Origin: Bacillota bacterium
Lineage (GTDB): Bacteria; Bacillota; JAAYKD01
Direction of reading: 5' to 3'
DNA: 64,000 nucleotides
NCBI GenBank assembly: GCA_963666425.2
Contig: OY762825.2
Location: 1,920,001 to 1,984,000, forward strand
Below the pieces are notes generated by a model. It saw nothing but the letters and a program-made list of their open reading frames with translations. It was not told the origin of the DNA and did no database searches. The translations under genes and the position numbers were made by a program. Shown here piece after piece: positions 47,915-57,524 of the stretch. Position 1 is the stretch's first letter; each line of letters opens with the position of its first letter.

Positions 47915-50389
47915 ATGAAAACTCTTAAGACAAGAAAAATGACCGCATTGTTTACTCTACTCTTCCTTATCGTGACGACATCATTCCCCGTTTTGGCGGC
48001 ATCGCCGGCCAAGATCGAATTAGGCTCTACCTCCAGTTTTGCTATCCTAGCGGGGTCGACCATTACAAACACCGGAACGACCAGCATCAGCGGAACTGCT
48101 GGTGGTAATATTGGCTTATATCCCGGTTCCGCCTTTGGTGCTACCGGAGTGACAACCACCGGTACCGCCTATATCTCGGATGCCGGCGGGGTAGCAAGTT
48201 TAGCCAAAGCCGATCTGGTAACCGCCTATAATCAAACGGCAGGCACTATCTCTACGGCAACCATTGCAGCCGATCTCGGCGGCATGACCTTAGCACCCGG
48301 CGTTTATACTTCACAAACCAGTATCAATATCACCGGCACGCTGACTCTGGATGGCCAGAATAATCCCGAAGCAATGTTTATTTTCCAGGCGGGTTCCACT
48401 TTGACCACTGCCTCAGGCAGTGAAATCAAATTAATCAATGGTGCCACCTCTGATCAGGTTTTCTGGCAGGTTGGAAGTTCCGCCACCTTAGGGACCAATT
48501 CAAAATTTGCTGGCCATATTTTCGCGATGCTTTCCATCACCGCTACGACCGGCGCTTCAGTACAAGGTCAGTTGTTAGCCCGCAATGGTGCTGTCACGCT
48601 GGACTCGAATACGATTATCAATAATGGTTCCTCCACTACCTTAACGGTAATCAAAAAAGTGATCAATGACAACACCGGTACCGCGCTGCCAGCCGATTTC
48701 ACACTGCATGTGAAAACTGCAGGCGCCTTGGGCACTGATGTCAGCGGCAGTCCTGCGCTCGGTTCAGTTTCGGGCCACGTTTACACGTTACTCCCGGGTA
48801 ATTATACCGTGAGTGAAAATCTCGCTGCCGGTTATAGCGCAAGCTTCCTCGGCGCTGATGCGCTCGGTAATGTCAGTCTCGCTGCAGGAGAAAATAAAAC
48901 GGTGACGCTGATTAACGACGATATCGCTGTTCCTGTGATTGCGCCGTTGATTAACATCATTAAAACACCATCACCTGCCGCTCTGCATGCCGGGACCGGT
49001 TCGGTTACTTACACTTATATGGTGACCAATCCGGGTTCAGTCGAACTGACCAGTGTGATTGTGACCGATGATAAAATCAACACAGTCAACTATGTCTCAG
49101 GCGACTTGAATTCAGATCAGATTCTGCAGGTCACTGAAACCTGGATTTACACCTCTACCACAATGCTCAGCACGACCACAACCAATACAGCCACAGTCAA
49201 AGGCACCGGCAATGGTCTGCAGGCAATTGATCTTGCCTATGCGACGGTAATTGTGACGCCGGTGCAAACGGAATTACCCATTCCTCCGCTGATCAATGTA
49301 GTAAAAACCGCATCTCCGCAGGCCTTGCTCTTTGGACCCGGTCCGATTACGTATACCTATAAAATTACGAATCCCGGTCTGGTCGCGCTCAGCGATGTCA
49401 GTATCAGCGATGATAAAATCCAGATGATCTATTATGACAGCGGTGATCTCAATGCGGATGGCTTGCTGCAGATGGATGAAACCTGGACTTACAGCGGAAT
49501 TGCATCACTCAGTGAAACCACCACTAACACCGTCACTGTCACGGGCAAAGCCAATGGCATGACGGCCACCGATCTCGCTTACGCAACTGTGACAGTCACT
49601 CCTCTGACGACTCCCTTGATTCGGGTTGTCAAGACGGCTTCTCCGCTCTCACTTCCCGCACCTGGTTTGGTCACCTACACCTATCAGGTCACAAACCCCG
49701 GTGTGCCTGCTTTGCACAATATCGGTATCTTTGATGATAAGATCAGCATGATCTATTACGATTCCGGTGATCTCAATGCGGATAATTTACTGCAGGCGGG
49801 TGAAACCTGGATCTATACCGGTATTGCTTCCCTGAGTGCCACGACGACCAATCAGGTCACGGTACAGGGTGCAGCCAATGGCATGATCGCTTCGGACACC
49901 GACATTGTTACCGTGAGTGTAGTGCCGGCTGTCGCTCCGATCATTCACCTTGAGAAGACTGCTGCGCCGATGGCTTTGACCAGCGGACCAGGATTGGTCA
50001 CCTATACCTATACTGTCACGAATCCCGGCACGGTCAGCATGAGTGAAGTTTTTGTCAGTGATGATAAAATCGCCACCATCTACTACACATCCGGGGATCT
50101 CAATCATGATTACCTGCTGCAGACAGACGAAACTTGGATCTTTACCGCTGCAGCAACTCTGCAAGCCACCACGACCAATACAGCGATTGTCCAAGGCAGC
50201 GCGAATGGGCTGACAGTCACGGATCAAGCGGCTGTCACAGTGAACGTTAGCTTGGCTCCGGTGATTACAACCCAACCCGGCGGAACCTTGCCGGTAACGG
50301 CGTCTCCCTGGTCAACTTTGATGCTGGTTGGTTTCGCCATGCTGATGCTGGGGGCAGTGAGTTGGATTTTTGTCAGAAGATATGAATAG
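47915..50389 (+). CDS. Cell-wall-anchored DUF3494 ice-binding-family protein with four Ig-like repeats
   Basis: Signal peptide; FAILAGSTITNTG, LAPGVY, FIFQAGSTL, VFWQVGSSATLG, LARNGAVTLDSN (DUF3494); four repeats TYTY.VTNPG...GDLN.D..LQ..ETW; LPVTA sorting signal, TM helix, RR tail. Confidence 0.9.
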   Translation: MKTLKTRKMTALFTLLFLIVTTSFPVLAASPAKIELGSTSSFAILAGSTITNTGTTSISGTAGGNIGLYPGSAFGATGVTTTGTAYISDAGGVASLAKADLVTAYNQTAGTISTATIAADLGGMTLAPGVYTSQTSINITGTLTLDGQNNPEAMFIFQAGSTLTTASGSEIKLINGATSDQVFWQVGSSATLGTNSKFAGHIFAMLSITATTGASVQGQLLARNGAVTLDSNTIINNGSSTTLTVIKKVINDNTGTALPADFTLHVKTAGALGTDVSGSPALGSVSGHVYTLLPGNYTVSENLAAGYSASFLGADALGNVSLAAGENKTVTLINDDIAVPVIAPLINIIKTPSPAALHAGTGSVTYTYMVTNPGSVELTSVIVTDDKINTVNYVSGDLNSDQILQVTETWIYTSTTMLSTTTTNTATVKGTGNGLQAIDLAYATVIVTPVQTELPIPPLINVVKTASPQALLFGPGPITYTYKITNPGLVALSDVSISDDKIQMIYYDSGDLNADGLLQMDETWTYSGIASLSETTTNTVTVTGKANGMTATDLAYATVTVTPLTTPLIRVVKTASPLSLPAPGLVTYTYQVTNPGVPALHNIGIFDDKISMIYYDSGDLNADNLLQAGETWIYTGIASLSATTTNQVTVQGAANGMIASDTDIVTVSVVPAVAPIIHLEKTAAPMALTSGPGLVTYTYTVTNPGTVSMSEVFVSDDKIATIYYTSGDLNHDYLLQTDETWIFTAAATLQATTTNTAIVQGSANGLTVTDQAAVTVNVSLAPVITTQPGGTLPVTASPWSTLMLVGFAMLMLGAVSWIFVRRYE

Positions 50390-51044
50390 GCCAAGAACCG
50401 CAAAGAAGCGCCGGCAGACCTTTCGCCGCATAGCCGTGCTGCTTCTGATGGTTGGTTTCCTGTTTGTTTCAGTGGCACTGGTCAATCTCATCACACAGAA
50501 CCGTAGGTTGATCAGTGCCTACAATGCAGAATCTTTTGCGGCGACTGCTGAAAATCCAAACGGACTCACCGCATTGGCAGCCGAGGCAGAGTCAATCTCT
50601 CCTAAAAATGAGCCGGTAGCAGCGTATTATCCGATTTATCCTCAAGCAGGGGAAGAAATCGGCAGTCTGGCTTTCCCCACGTTGGATGCGGTCATGCCGA
50701 TCATTCAAGGCACCGCTGTTCTGGACTTGGAAAAAGGAATTGGCCATTATCTGCAGAGTGTGCTACCCGGTGAAATAGACAACTGTGTTTTAGCAGGGCA
50801 TCGCGATACGGTTTTTCGCCGTTTGGGTGAGTTAAAAATCGGTGATTTGGTGATTATCCAGACTTCCGCCGGAACTTTTACCTACGAAGTCACAGGCACG
50901 CAAATCGTTACTGCAGATGATCTGACGGTGATCACGCCCACCGATCATGCTGTTTTAACGATGTCCACCTGTTATCCTTTCTATTCACCGGGTTATTACC
51001 CCGAGCGTTACATTGTCTCGGCTGATTTATGCATCAATCCTTAG
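50382..51044 (+). CDS. Class D sortase
   Basis: N-terminal TM, GIGHY..S.LPGE..NCVLAGHRDTVF, LTMSTCYPF, R; overlaps the substrate stop codon. Confidence 0.92.
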   Translation: MNRPRTAKKRRQTFRRIAVLLLMVGFLFVSVALVNLITQNRRLISAYNAESFAATAENPNGLTALAAEAESISPKNEPVAAYYPIYPQAGEEIGSLAFPTLDAVMPIIQGTAVLDLEKGIGHYLQSVLPGEIDNCVLAGHRDTVFRRLGELKIGDLVIIQTSAGTFTYEVTGTQIVTADDLTVITPTDHAVLTMSTCYPFYSPGYYPERYIVSADLCINP

Positions 51045-51117
51045 GATGCTTGGAAAATAATTTCCATGACAAGAAAATCAGAATCGCTTGCTTTGCAAGC
51101 AGAACGAAAGGAAGATC

Positions 51118-51678
51118 ATGATGAATACACTAGAAAAGATCGGGTTTGGTATTTTGGTTGGTGCCGCAGTCGGCATCACAGCCGGCATGCTAATTGCAAC
51201 GAAAGAAGGCAGAACGATGCGGAAAACTTTGAAAGAAAAAGCAATCGATTCAATTGATCATTTGGAAGAACACGTTCAGGATGGCTCCAAAGAATGGAAT
51301 GCTACTGCTGCCCATGTTGCTAAAAAAGCCAATCAAGTAGTCCGAAATGTGGATGAAAAAGCGGATGATCTGCAGGAAGATCTCGCGCAGGGCTACAATA
51401 AAGTCAAAAGGGAAGTCGACCAAGCGATCGCCTATGATACGAAACAAGGCAAGAGCATGGAAAAGAAATGGCAGGATAAGATGGATGAAACCATCGACAC
51501 GGTCAAAAACGTGGTTGAAGAAAAATCGGATGACCTGAGTGATGCTGCCGCGCATGCTTCGATCAAAACAAATCGTTTCTTCAAAAATGCCGCTGATACA
51601 GCCGAAGACGTCGGCGAAGAAATTAAAGATGGCTATCGTGCCATCAAACATGATCTGCATCGGCCGGGAAACGTCTAG
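51118..51678 (+). CDS. YtxH-like general stress protein
   Basis: GILVGAAVG..AGMLIATKEGRTMRK N-terminus, then a charged helical tail. Confidence 0.75.
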   Translation: MMNTLEKIGFGILVGAAVGITAGMLIATKEGRTMRKTLKEKAIDSIDHLEEHVQDGSKEWNATAAHVAKKANQVVRNVDEKADDLQEDLAQGYNKVKREVDQAIAYDTKQGKSMEKKWQDKMDETIDTVKNVVEEKSDDLSDAAAHASIKTNRFFKNAADTAEDVGEEIKDGYRAIKHDLHRPGNV

Positions 51679-51716
51679 AATTCTATTTTCTCTGCTCCTG
51701 CGGTGAATGAAACGAT

Positions 51717-51763
51717 AAAAACAGGTTCGGAGCCTTCTAAAAAAGGCTCCGAACCTGTTTTTT
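51717..51763. terminator. Bidirectional intrinsic terminator
   Basis: AAAACAGGTTCGGAGCCTT...AAGGCTCCGAACCTGTTTT. Confidence 0.9.
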
Positions 51764-51767
51764 GTTG

Positions 51768-52139
51768 TTAATACCAAATCGCCCTGATCAGTAAAAAAAG
51801 TAACAGCAGCCATATCGCCACAACAGGAACAGCATAATACCAGTGACTCGGTTTGCCGTTTGGCCATAACCCTTGCGCTTCCTGCCGGCATTGCGCGAAC
51901 AATTCTGCCGGGATCAGCCGGATCGTCAACGCAACCAACAGCGGTAAAAGAATCAGATCATCCAGATAACCCAAAATCGGGATGAAATCGGGGATCAAAT
52001 CGATGGGAGACAAAGCGTAGACAAGCGCAGCAGCGGCCGCCGCTTTCGCTGCCAAGGGGGTCTCTTTCTTTTGTAAAGCGAGAAAAACAGCGGGAAGATC
52101 GGTTTTTAATTTCGCTGCGCGTTCTTTTAAGTTCATCAT
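51768..52139 (-). CDS. DUF1232 (YkvA family) membrane protein
   Basis: YALSPIDLIPDFIPILGYLDD signature. Confidence 0.93.
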   Translation of the reverse strand: MMNLKERAAKLKTDLPAVFLALQKKETPLAAKAAAAAALVYALSPIDLIPDFIPILGYLDDLILLPLLVALTIRLIPAELFAQCRQEAQGLWPNGKPSHWYYAVPVVAIWLLLLFLLIRAIWY

Positions 52140-52149
52140 AAAGCACCTC

Positions 52150-53904
52150 TCATTGATCTCTCCATTGGTTTTTTTCCAGCCGTAACTGTTTAGCCAGCCA
52201 ATTGTTACCGTTCATCACCTCAGCCGGGGTGCCGGTAGTGAGAATGCGGCCGTCCTCCAGTAAAACAATCAGATCGCTGTGCAGCATAGAGGTAATCCGG
52301 TGAGAAATGGAGAGCACCATGCGTCCTTCCTCCGCTTTTTGCAGCACGGTTACAATATTCGCCTCCGTGGCGGAATCGAGATTGGCGGTGACCTCATCCA
52401 GGAGCAGAATGGCGGGATCCGCCACAATGGCTCTGGCAATCGAGAGCAGTTGTTTTTGTCCTTGCGAAAAATCTCCGCCATCGGAGCCAACCACCGTAGC
52501 ATAGCCATTGGCCATTTTCATCACATAATCGTGCAGCCCGACGAAGCGCATGGCTTTTTCCACCTGTTCCAATCGAATCGTCTCGTCTGCCAAACTGATT
52601 TGTTCCGCCACGGTGCCTAGAATAAAACTGAACTGCTGTTCCACATAGCCAAAGATCCTGCGTTTTTCAGAATTAGGAATCCGATAAACATCCGTACCGC
52701 CTAACTCGATTCTACCGCTCGTGGGCTGCAGCAAGCCCATAATCAAGCGGAAGAGCGTCGTTTTTCCCACGCCGGTGCGGCCGGTAAACGTCACATTGGC
52801 ACCATAAGGAATGGCTAGATTCAGATCACGCAGAACCGGTTGGTCTGCATCATAAGCAAAAGAAACTTGCTCAATGCGCATGCCGGCTGTCCGAATCCCT
52901 TGCAGAATCAGATTCGCTGTGAGAGCAGCGTCTTTGGCCGGCTCTTCCGGTTCCAAGACAAAGCGATTGATCCGCTCTACTCCGGAAATGCCTTTCTGCA
53001 CATTCTGCAGCTCGGTGCCCAGCGTTTCGATCGGCGCAAACAGATTGGTAAATAATTCAATGGAAGCTGCCACCATGCCGACAGAGATGCCAAGAAATTG
53101 GACTTGATCGGTTGAAAGCAGCACAATCAGCGCAATAACCAAAGCGCGCATTACTTGGATGATGGGGGAGTAACAGGAATCGTAGAAATTAACCCGATCC
53201 AGCGTGCGGAAATTATCCTCCAGGCGGCCGCGATAGAGTTCTTCCATATAAGCTTCTTTGCTGAACGATTTGATCATATGCACGTTTTTTAAGCTTTCTG
53301 AAATATGCGAGTTGACGCGGCCGATCTGCTCCAGGTTTTTAATTTGTGCCGCCAGCATCCGCCGCTGAAAGGCGCGGGTCACGAAATAAATCACGGGCAC
53401 CAAACAGAGAGCCAGGATACCCAGTTTGACTGAAAAATACCAGATCGAGACCACGATGCCAACGATCTTAAAGCAGTCAATCATCATGCTGATGACGCCG
53501 TCGGCAAACAAAGAATTGACATTTTCCACATCATTGGTGAAGCGGGAAGTAATGCTGCCGGGTTGGTTGGCGGAAAAATAAGTGGTACTGATCCGCTCCA
53601 GTTTGAGAGTCATTTCCATGCGCAGCCCTTTGACAATTTTCTGACCAAAGACAGTCAGCAAACCGCCTTTGAGAAAATCGAAAAAGCCGATTAAAATTAA
53701 AACAGCTAAATAGACAAAAGTCAGCCGCAGCAGGCCTTGGTTGGTTTTTAAGACCAGGTTTTGGTCGATGATCATTTTCAGCAATTGCGGTGGTATTAAG
53801 CTCAAAAGCACCACCGCCACAATCACGAACAGCAGGGCGAAGGACAAGAGGGGATTCTGCCGCAGGATTTTCAGGATGGTTGATGTGGTCAGACTACGCT
53901 TCAT
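52150..53904 (-). CDS. ABC exporter, fused TMD-NBD subunit
   Basis: GRTGVGKT, FSQGQKQ, LLLDE. Confidence 0.92.
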   Translation of the reverse strand: MKRSLTTSTILKILRQNPLLSFALLFVIVAVVLLSLIPPQLLKMIIDQNLVLKTNQGLLRLTFVYLAVLILIGFFDFLKGGLLTVFGQKIVKGLRMEMTLKLERISTTYFSANQPGSITSRFTNDVENVNSLFADGVISMMIDCFKIVGIVVSIWYFSVKLGILALCLVPVIYFVTRAFQRRMLAAQIKNLEQIGRVNSHISESLKNVHMIKSFSKEAYMEELYRGRLEDNFRTLDRVNFYDSCYSPIIQVMRALVIALIVLLSTDQVQFLGISVGMVAASIELFTNLFAPIETLGTELQNVQKGISGVERINRFVLEPEEPAKDAALTANLILQGIRTAGMRIEQVSFAYDADQPVLRDLNLAIPYGANVTFTGRTGVGKTTLFRLIMGLLQPTSGRIELGGTDVYRIPNSEKRRIFGYVEQQFSFILGTVAEQISLADETIRLEQVEKAMRFVGLHDYVMKMANGYATVVGSDGGDFSQGQKQLLSIARAIVADPAILLLDEVTANLDSATEANIVTVLQKAEEGRMVLSISHRITSMLHSDLIVLLEDGRILTTGTPAEVMNGNNWLAKQLRLEKNQWRDQ

Positions 53905-55633
53905 GGTTGTCGCCTCCCGTCTGCAGTTGATAAATCGAGGCATAAAGCGCAGAAGAGGCGAGCAAGCTTTGATGCGTGCCGTATTCGGCGGTATGATCGT
54001 TATGCAGTAAAATGATCTGATCGGCCAGCGGAAAAACCGTCAGGCGATGAGAAACGAGCAAAATGACGCAGTCTGTATAATGCAGGCGCAGGTTGTTTAG
54101 AATGAGCTGCTCTGTTTTCATATCGACGGCCGAAAACGGATCATCCAGAATCAGCAAAGCGCCATGATGATAGAGCGCCCGCGCCAAAGCGATGCGCGCC
54201 TGCTGACCGCCGGAAAGCCGGATGCCGCTGCTGCCAACCAAAGTCTGAATGTCTTCCGGCATGGTTAACAGGTCTTCCTCAAAGCAGACATCCCGTAAAA
54301 CCGCGGAAATATCCCCCTCTACGCCCAGGGTGATATTGCGGTAGAGGGTATCGGAAAGCAGCTGCGGCTGATGCCCCAGGTAAGAAATTCGGTTGCTGCG
54401 TTCCACCTTGCTGTAATCGCGCAGCTCCCGGCCGGCCAGCCGAATGCTGCCGAGATAAGGATACAAGCCCTGCAGAGCAATACCCAATGAGGATTTACCG
54501 CAGGCCACCGGACCCGTGATGCCAATCAGTTCGCCTGCTTTGGCAGTGAAATTTAAGTGATCCAAAATCAAATTCGGCTCTGTTGGATAAGAGAAACAAA
54601 GATCACGAACAACCAGGCTGGACTCGGCAGCGCTGCCCCGGTCGCTGCGCTCGGCTTCCTGATAGGCGGTCAGATAGGGTTTGATGCGCTGCCAGGAGAC
54701 CGTCGCTTTTTGATACGTATTAAACAATTTGGACGCCTTGCTGTCCTTGGTGGTCAGAGCGATAAAAATGGTGATATAGGTGGAAAACATACCGACTGTC
54801 CAGAGACCGTTAATCACGTTGCTGCCGCCAAAATAGAGAAAAAAGACGATACCCAATAAGGCGATCACATTGTAGACCGGCTGCATCGAATTTTCCAGGA
54901 TATTCGCCTTGATCGATTTCATTTCCAGGTCGTCCAATTCGCGGAAATATGCCTGGCGGTTTTTTCCTTCCAAACCGTTGACCCGCAGCAAGACGGTGTG
55001 TTCGATATTATAATAGGTAAAGCTGGCCACCCGGCTGCTTTGCACCCGAGCCGCTTTGGAGAATTTCACAATGAAGTTTTTCAAAGATTCAGCCAACCAC
55101 ATGGCGACAGGCACAAAAAGACAGGAGACAATGGTCAGTTTCCAGTCGTAAACCAAGAGAGAGATCAAATAAGAAAGCATCAGCACGCCGGTGTCAAAGA
55201 TTTCGGTGAGGACTTTGCGCATTCCCTCCACACAAATATCCACATCCGAGACCGCTTTGGTCATCAGGTCTCCTGTCTGTTCCTGTGATAACTCGAGAAT
55301 GCCGCGATGCATGATATTATTGTAAAGCATCATCCGCATCGCGGCGCTGGTTCGATTGGCAAACAGCCGCACATAATAACGCTTGAAATAGCGCATTAGC
55401 TGAATCAGCAGGACCACAACCACAAAGAAAGCGGCTTGCTGCCAGACCAGCCGGAGCGGACTCTTGGCGATGATGGCATCGATCAACCGTCCCTGCAGAA
55501 TGGGCCAGACCGACATGGCGCCATTGCAGAGGATACCAAAAAAGAAGACAGCGGTTAAAACGGAGCGCTCCCGTTTCCAGTAACTGCTGATTTGGTCTGG
55601 TTTTTTAACCGGCCTAAGCTTCAGAATTGCCAT
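53894..55633 (-). CDS. ABC exporter, fused TMD-NBD subunit with degenerate site
   Basis: GPVACGKS, LSGGQ, LILDD; heterodimer partner of the downstream gene. Confidence 0.92.
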   Translation of the reverse strand: MAILKLRPVKKPDQISSYWKRERSVLTAVFFFGILCNGAMSVWPILQGRLIDAIIAKSPLRLVWQQAAFFVVVVLLIQLMRYFKRYYVRLFANRTSAAMRMMLYNNIMHRGILELSQEQTGDLMTKAVSDVDICVEGMRKVLTEIFDTGVLMLSYLISLLVYDWKLTIVSCLFVPVAMWLAESLKNFIVKFSKAARVQSSRVASFTYYNIEHTVLLRVNGLEGKNRQAYFRELDDLEMKSIKANILENSMQPVYNVIALLGIVFFLYFGGSNVINGLWTVGMFSTYITIFIALTTKDSKASKLFNTYQKATVSWQRIKPYLTAYQEAERSDRGSAAESSLVVRDLCFSYPTEPNLILDHLNFTAKAGELIGITGPVACGKSSLGIALQGLYPYLGSIRLAGRELRDYSKVERSNRISYLGHQPQLLSDTLYRNITLGVEGDISAVLRDVCFEEDLLTMPEDIQTLVGSSGIRLSGGQQARIALARALYHHGALLILDDPFSAVDMKTEQLILNNLRLHYTDCVILLVSHRLTVFPLADQIILLHNDHTAEYGTHQSLLASSALYASIYQLQTGGDNHEA

Positions 55634-56093
55634 GCTCTTGCACCTCCAAAGTCAGTAAATTGCCAAAGCCAATGCGGCGTTCGGTTTTTGCTTTCCAGTA
55701 AATCTTGTCCAACACCAGCAGAAAATTCTCTTTTTCCGAATCGGCGAGATCGGCCAGCAGCCATTCGTAAAAGAAAGATTCAACCGAGGCCTTGGCATCC
55801 TTGACGGCATCACCTTTTTCTGTGGCATAGAGCTGTTTGCTGCGGCCGTCTCTTGGGTCTTGCTGGCGGATGAGAAAACCTTTTCGTTCTAAATTGACTG
55901 CCCGTCTGGTCACCGCCGCTTTATCCAGATTCAGCTCCGTCCGGACACCTTCCTGACTGATGCCGGGATGATGCCGCACGCAATGAATGAATTCATATTC
56001 CGCAAGACCAATGCCGCTGTCTTTTAAGACTTTACCGGTAAAGCGCGTTGCTTCGCGGGCAATTTTGCTGATCTGACGATTGGTTGCATCCAT
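55614..56093 (-). CDS. MarR family transcriptional regulator
   Basis: PGISQ...LDKAAVTR...LERKG...DPRDGRS..LYATEKG. Confidence 0.92.
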   Translation of the reverse strand: MDATNRQISKIAREATRFTGKVLKDSGIGLAEYEFIHCVRHHPGISQEGVRTELNLDKAAVTRRAVNLERKGFLIRQQDPRDGRSKQLYATEKGDAVKDAKASVESFFYEWLLADLADSEKENFLLVLDKIYWKAKTERRIGFGNLLTLEVQEHGNSEA

Positions 56094-56250
56094 AAGAAAC
56101 CGCCTCTCTTTAAACAGTTGTAGTATCAACTAATTCAGAGAATACTACAATTCAGCACAGCTGTCAACCGGTGAAAAAAGCATGGACAGCAAGATGAGCA
56201 GAAAAAACCCCTTGAACTGAAAAAGGTCTAGTTCAAGGGATTTTTTAGTC

Positions 56251-57279
56251 TTATTTGCTTTGCCAGGCTTGGATCTTTTCCCAGTCTGCGGTCAGATACT
56301 CGCCTTCTTCAAAAACAACATGTCCTGAGGCGTAGGGCTTGCCGGCAATGGTGATAGCGACCTGTTTGGTTTGAAAATAATAACCGAAGGTGTTGGCCAC
56401 GCTGTTTAAGAGCATGGATTCCAACGTGGTACCGGCATTCATCTCGCTGACGAATTCGGCGGAAAGGTCCACTGTCAGCAGGCCGGTTTCCCGATCGAAG
56501 CGCACACCCAACACAGAAGCAGCCTTGGACATCAGCGGCTGCAAACCGCTGCCCTGCGGGACCTGCTGCATTTGTTTTGTGAAAGCAGCATAGATTTCAT
56601 CATTGCTGAACAGCTTGATCGTCTGTTCCAGATAAACCAATTGCTCGTGGTCGAAATCCGGATAATAGAAACGAACCGTCTGCTCGAGGGGTGTCTCGGC
56701 TTCCATTTTCAGCAAAGCGCTGCTGATTTTCGTGTTAGGATCTGACTTCGGGATGAATTCACGCAGGATCAAGCCGATGCCGGGAGCATAATAATCTTTG
56801 TTGGTTGCCTCGGCAGCGACTGTCGTGATTTCTAAGGCGTTAAAAGTACCGGCGGGAACCGTAATTTTTTTATTGATGGCGGTGATGCTGCGGGTAGAAC
56901 CATTGGCCAGCGTCCAGGCAGTGCCGGTTTGCAGCGGCTCTTTTAGCATGATTTCCGCTTCCTCACGCAAAGCCATGGCATTGACCCGGAAATAGGTTTC
57001 TCCCGCGGCATAGACTTTTTTCAGCATACCGTTTTCCAAGACATAGACATTCACGGAAGTTGTGCCGGGATTCAGTACCCTTAGTTGAATGGCGGAATTG
57101 CTTTGATAATCCACATAGGTTTCGAATTCGGCATATTCGTTGCCTTCCCCCTGGTAAACTAAATGCACGTTGCCGGTCAAAGGGAAATAATCCAGAATTT
57201 TCGCCGGTGCGGTCCGATTGCAGGCGGCCAAGAGACAGAGCAGAGCAGCAAGCAGAATAAATCGTACTTTTTTCATCAT
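56251..57279 (-). CDS. GerMN domain lipoprotein
   Basis: Lipobox LAAC; ITVPAGTF and YYAPGIG; C-terminal VDLS.EF..MNAG..E..L..VANT GerMN pattern. Confidence 0.85.
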   Translation of the reverse strand: MMKKVRFILLAALLCLLAACNRTAPAKILDYFPLTGNVHLVYQGEGNEYAEFETYVDYQSNSAIQLRVLNPGTTSVNVYVLENGMLKKVYAAGETYFRVNAMALREEAEIMLKEPLQTGTAWTLANGSTRSITAINKKITVPAGTFNALEITTVAAEATNKDYYAPGIGLILREFIPKSDPNTKISSALLKMEAETPLEQTVRFYYPDFDHEQLVYLEQTIKLFSNDEIYAAFTKQMQQVPQGSGLQPLMSKAASVLGVRFDRETGLLTVDLSAEFVSEMNAGTTLESMLLNSVANTFGYYFQTKQVAITIAGKPYASGHVVFEEGEYLTADWEKIQAWQSK

Positions 57280-57371
57280 ACTCTCCTTTTCTTTGACGAT
57301 TGATACAAAAAACGATAGAAGGTGTTTTTCTCTCCGTGTATGAGAGCAAAGAGTTGCGTATTATTATTTTG

Positions 57372-57397
57372 GACGCAGCAAGGGATCAAAAAGTTGC
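57372..57397 (-). promoter_or_regulatory. Putative ECF sigma (SigV/SigW-type) promoter
   Basis: Minus strand GCAAC-N17-CGTC with a T-tract after -35, upstream of the GerMN gene. Confidence 0.5.
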
Positions 57398-57524
57398 GGC
57401 AAAACGAAATTAACCGCTGCCTGCCGTCGAGAAGCCTCAGAGCCGCAGCCAGTCTGCATCGAGAAAAAAAGCTCCCAACAGGCTGATTGTCATACGCATC
57501 CTGTCGGGAGCCTGTTGCTTATTT

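Noticed and set aside
48940-50260. Repeats in the adhesin as a diversity-generating retroelement or shufflon target
   Set aside because: Repeats are diverged in-frame domain duplications; no reverse transcriptase or recombinase nearby.
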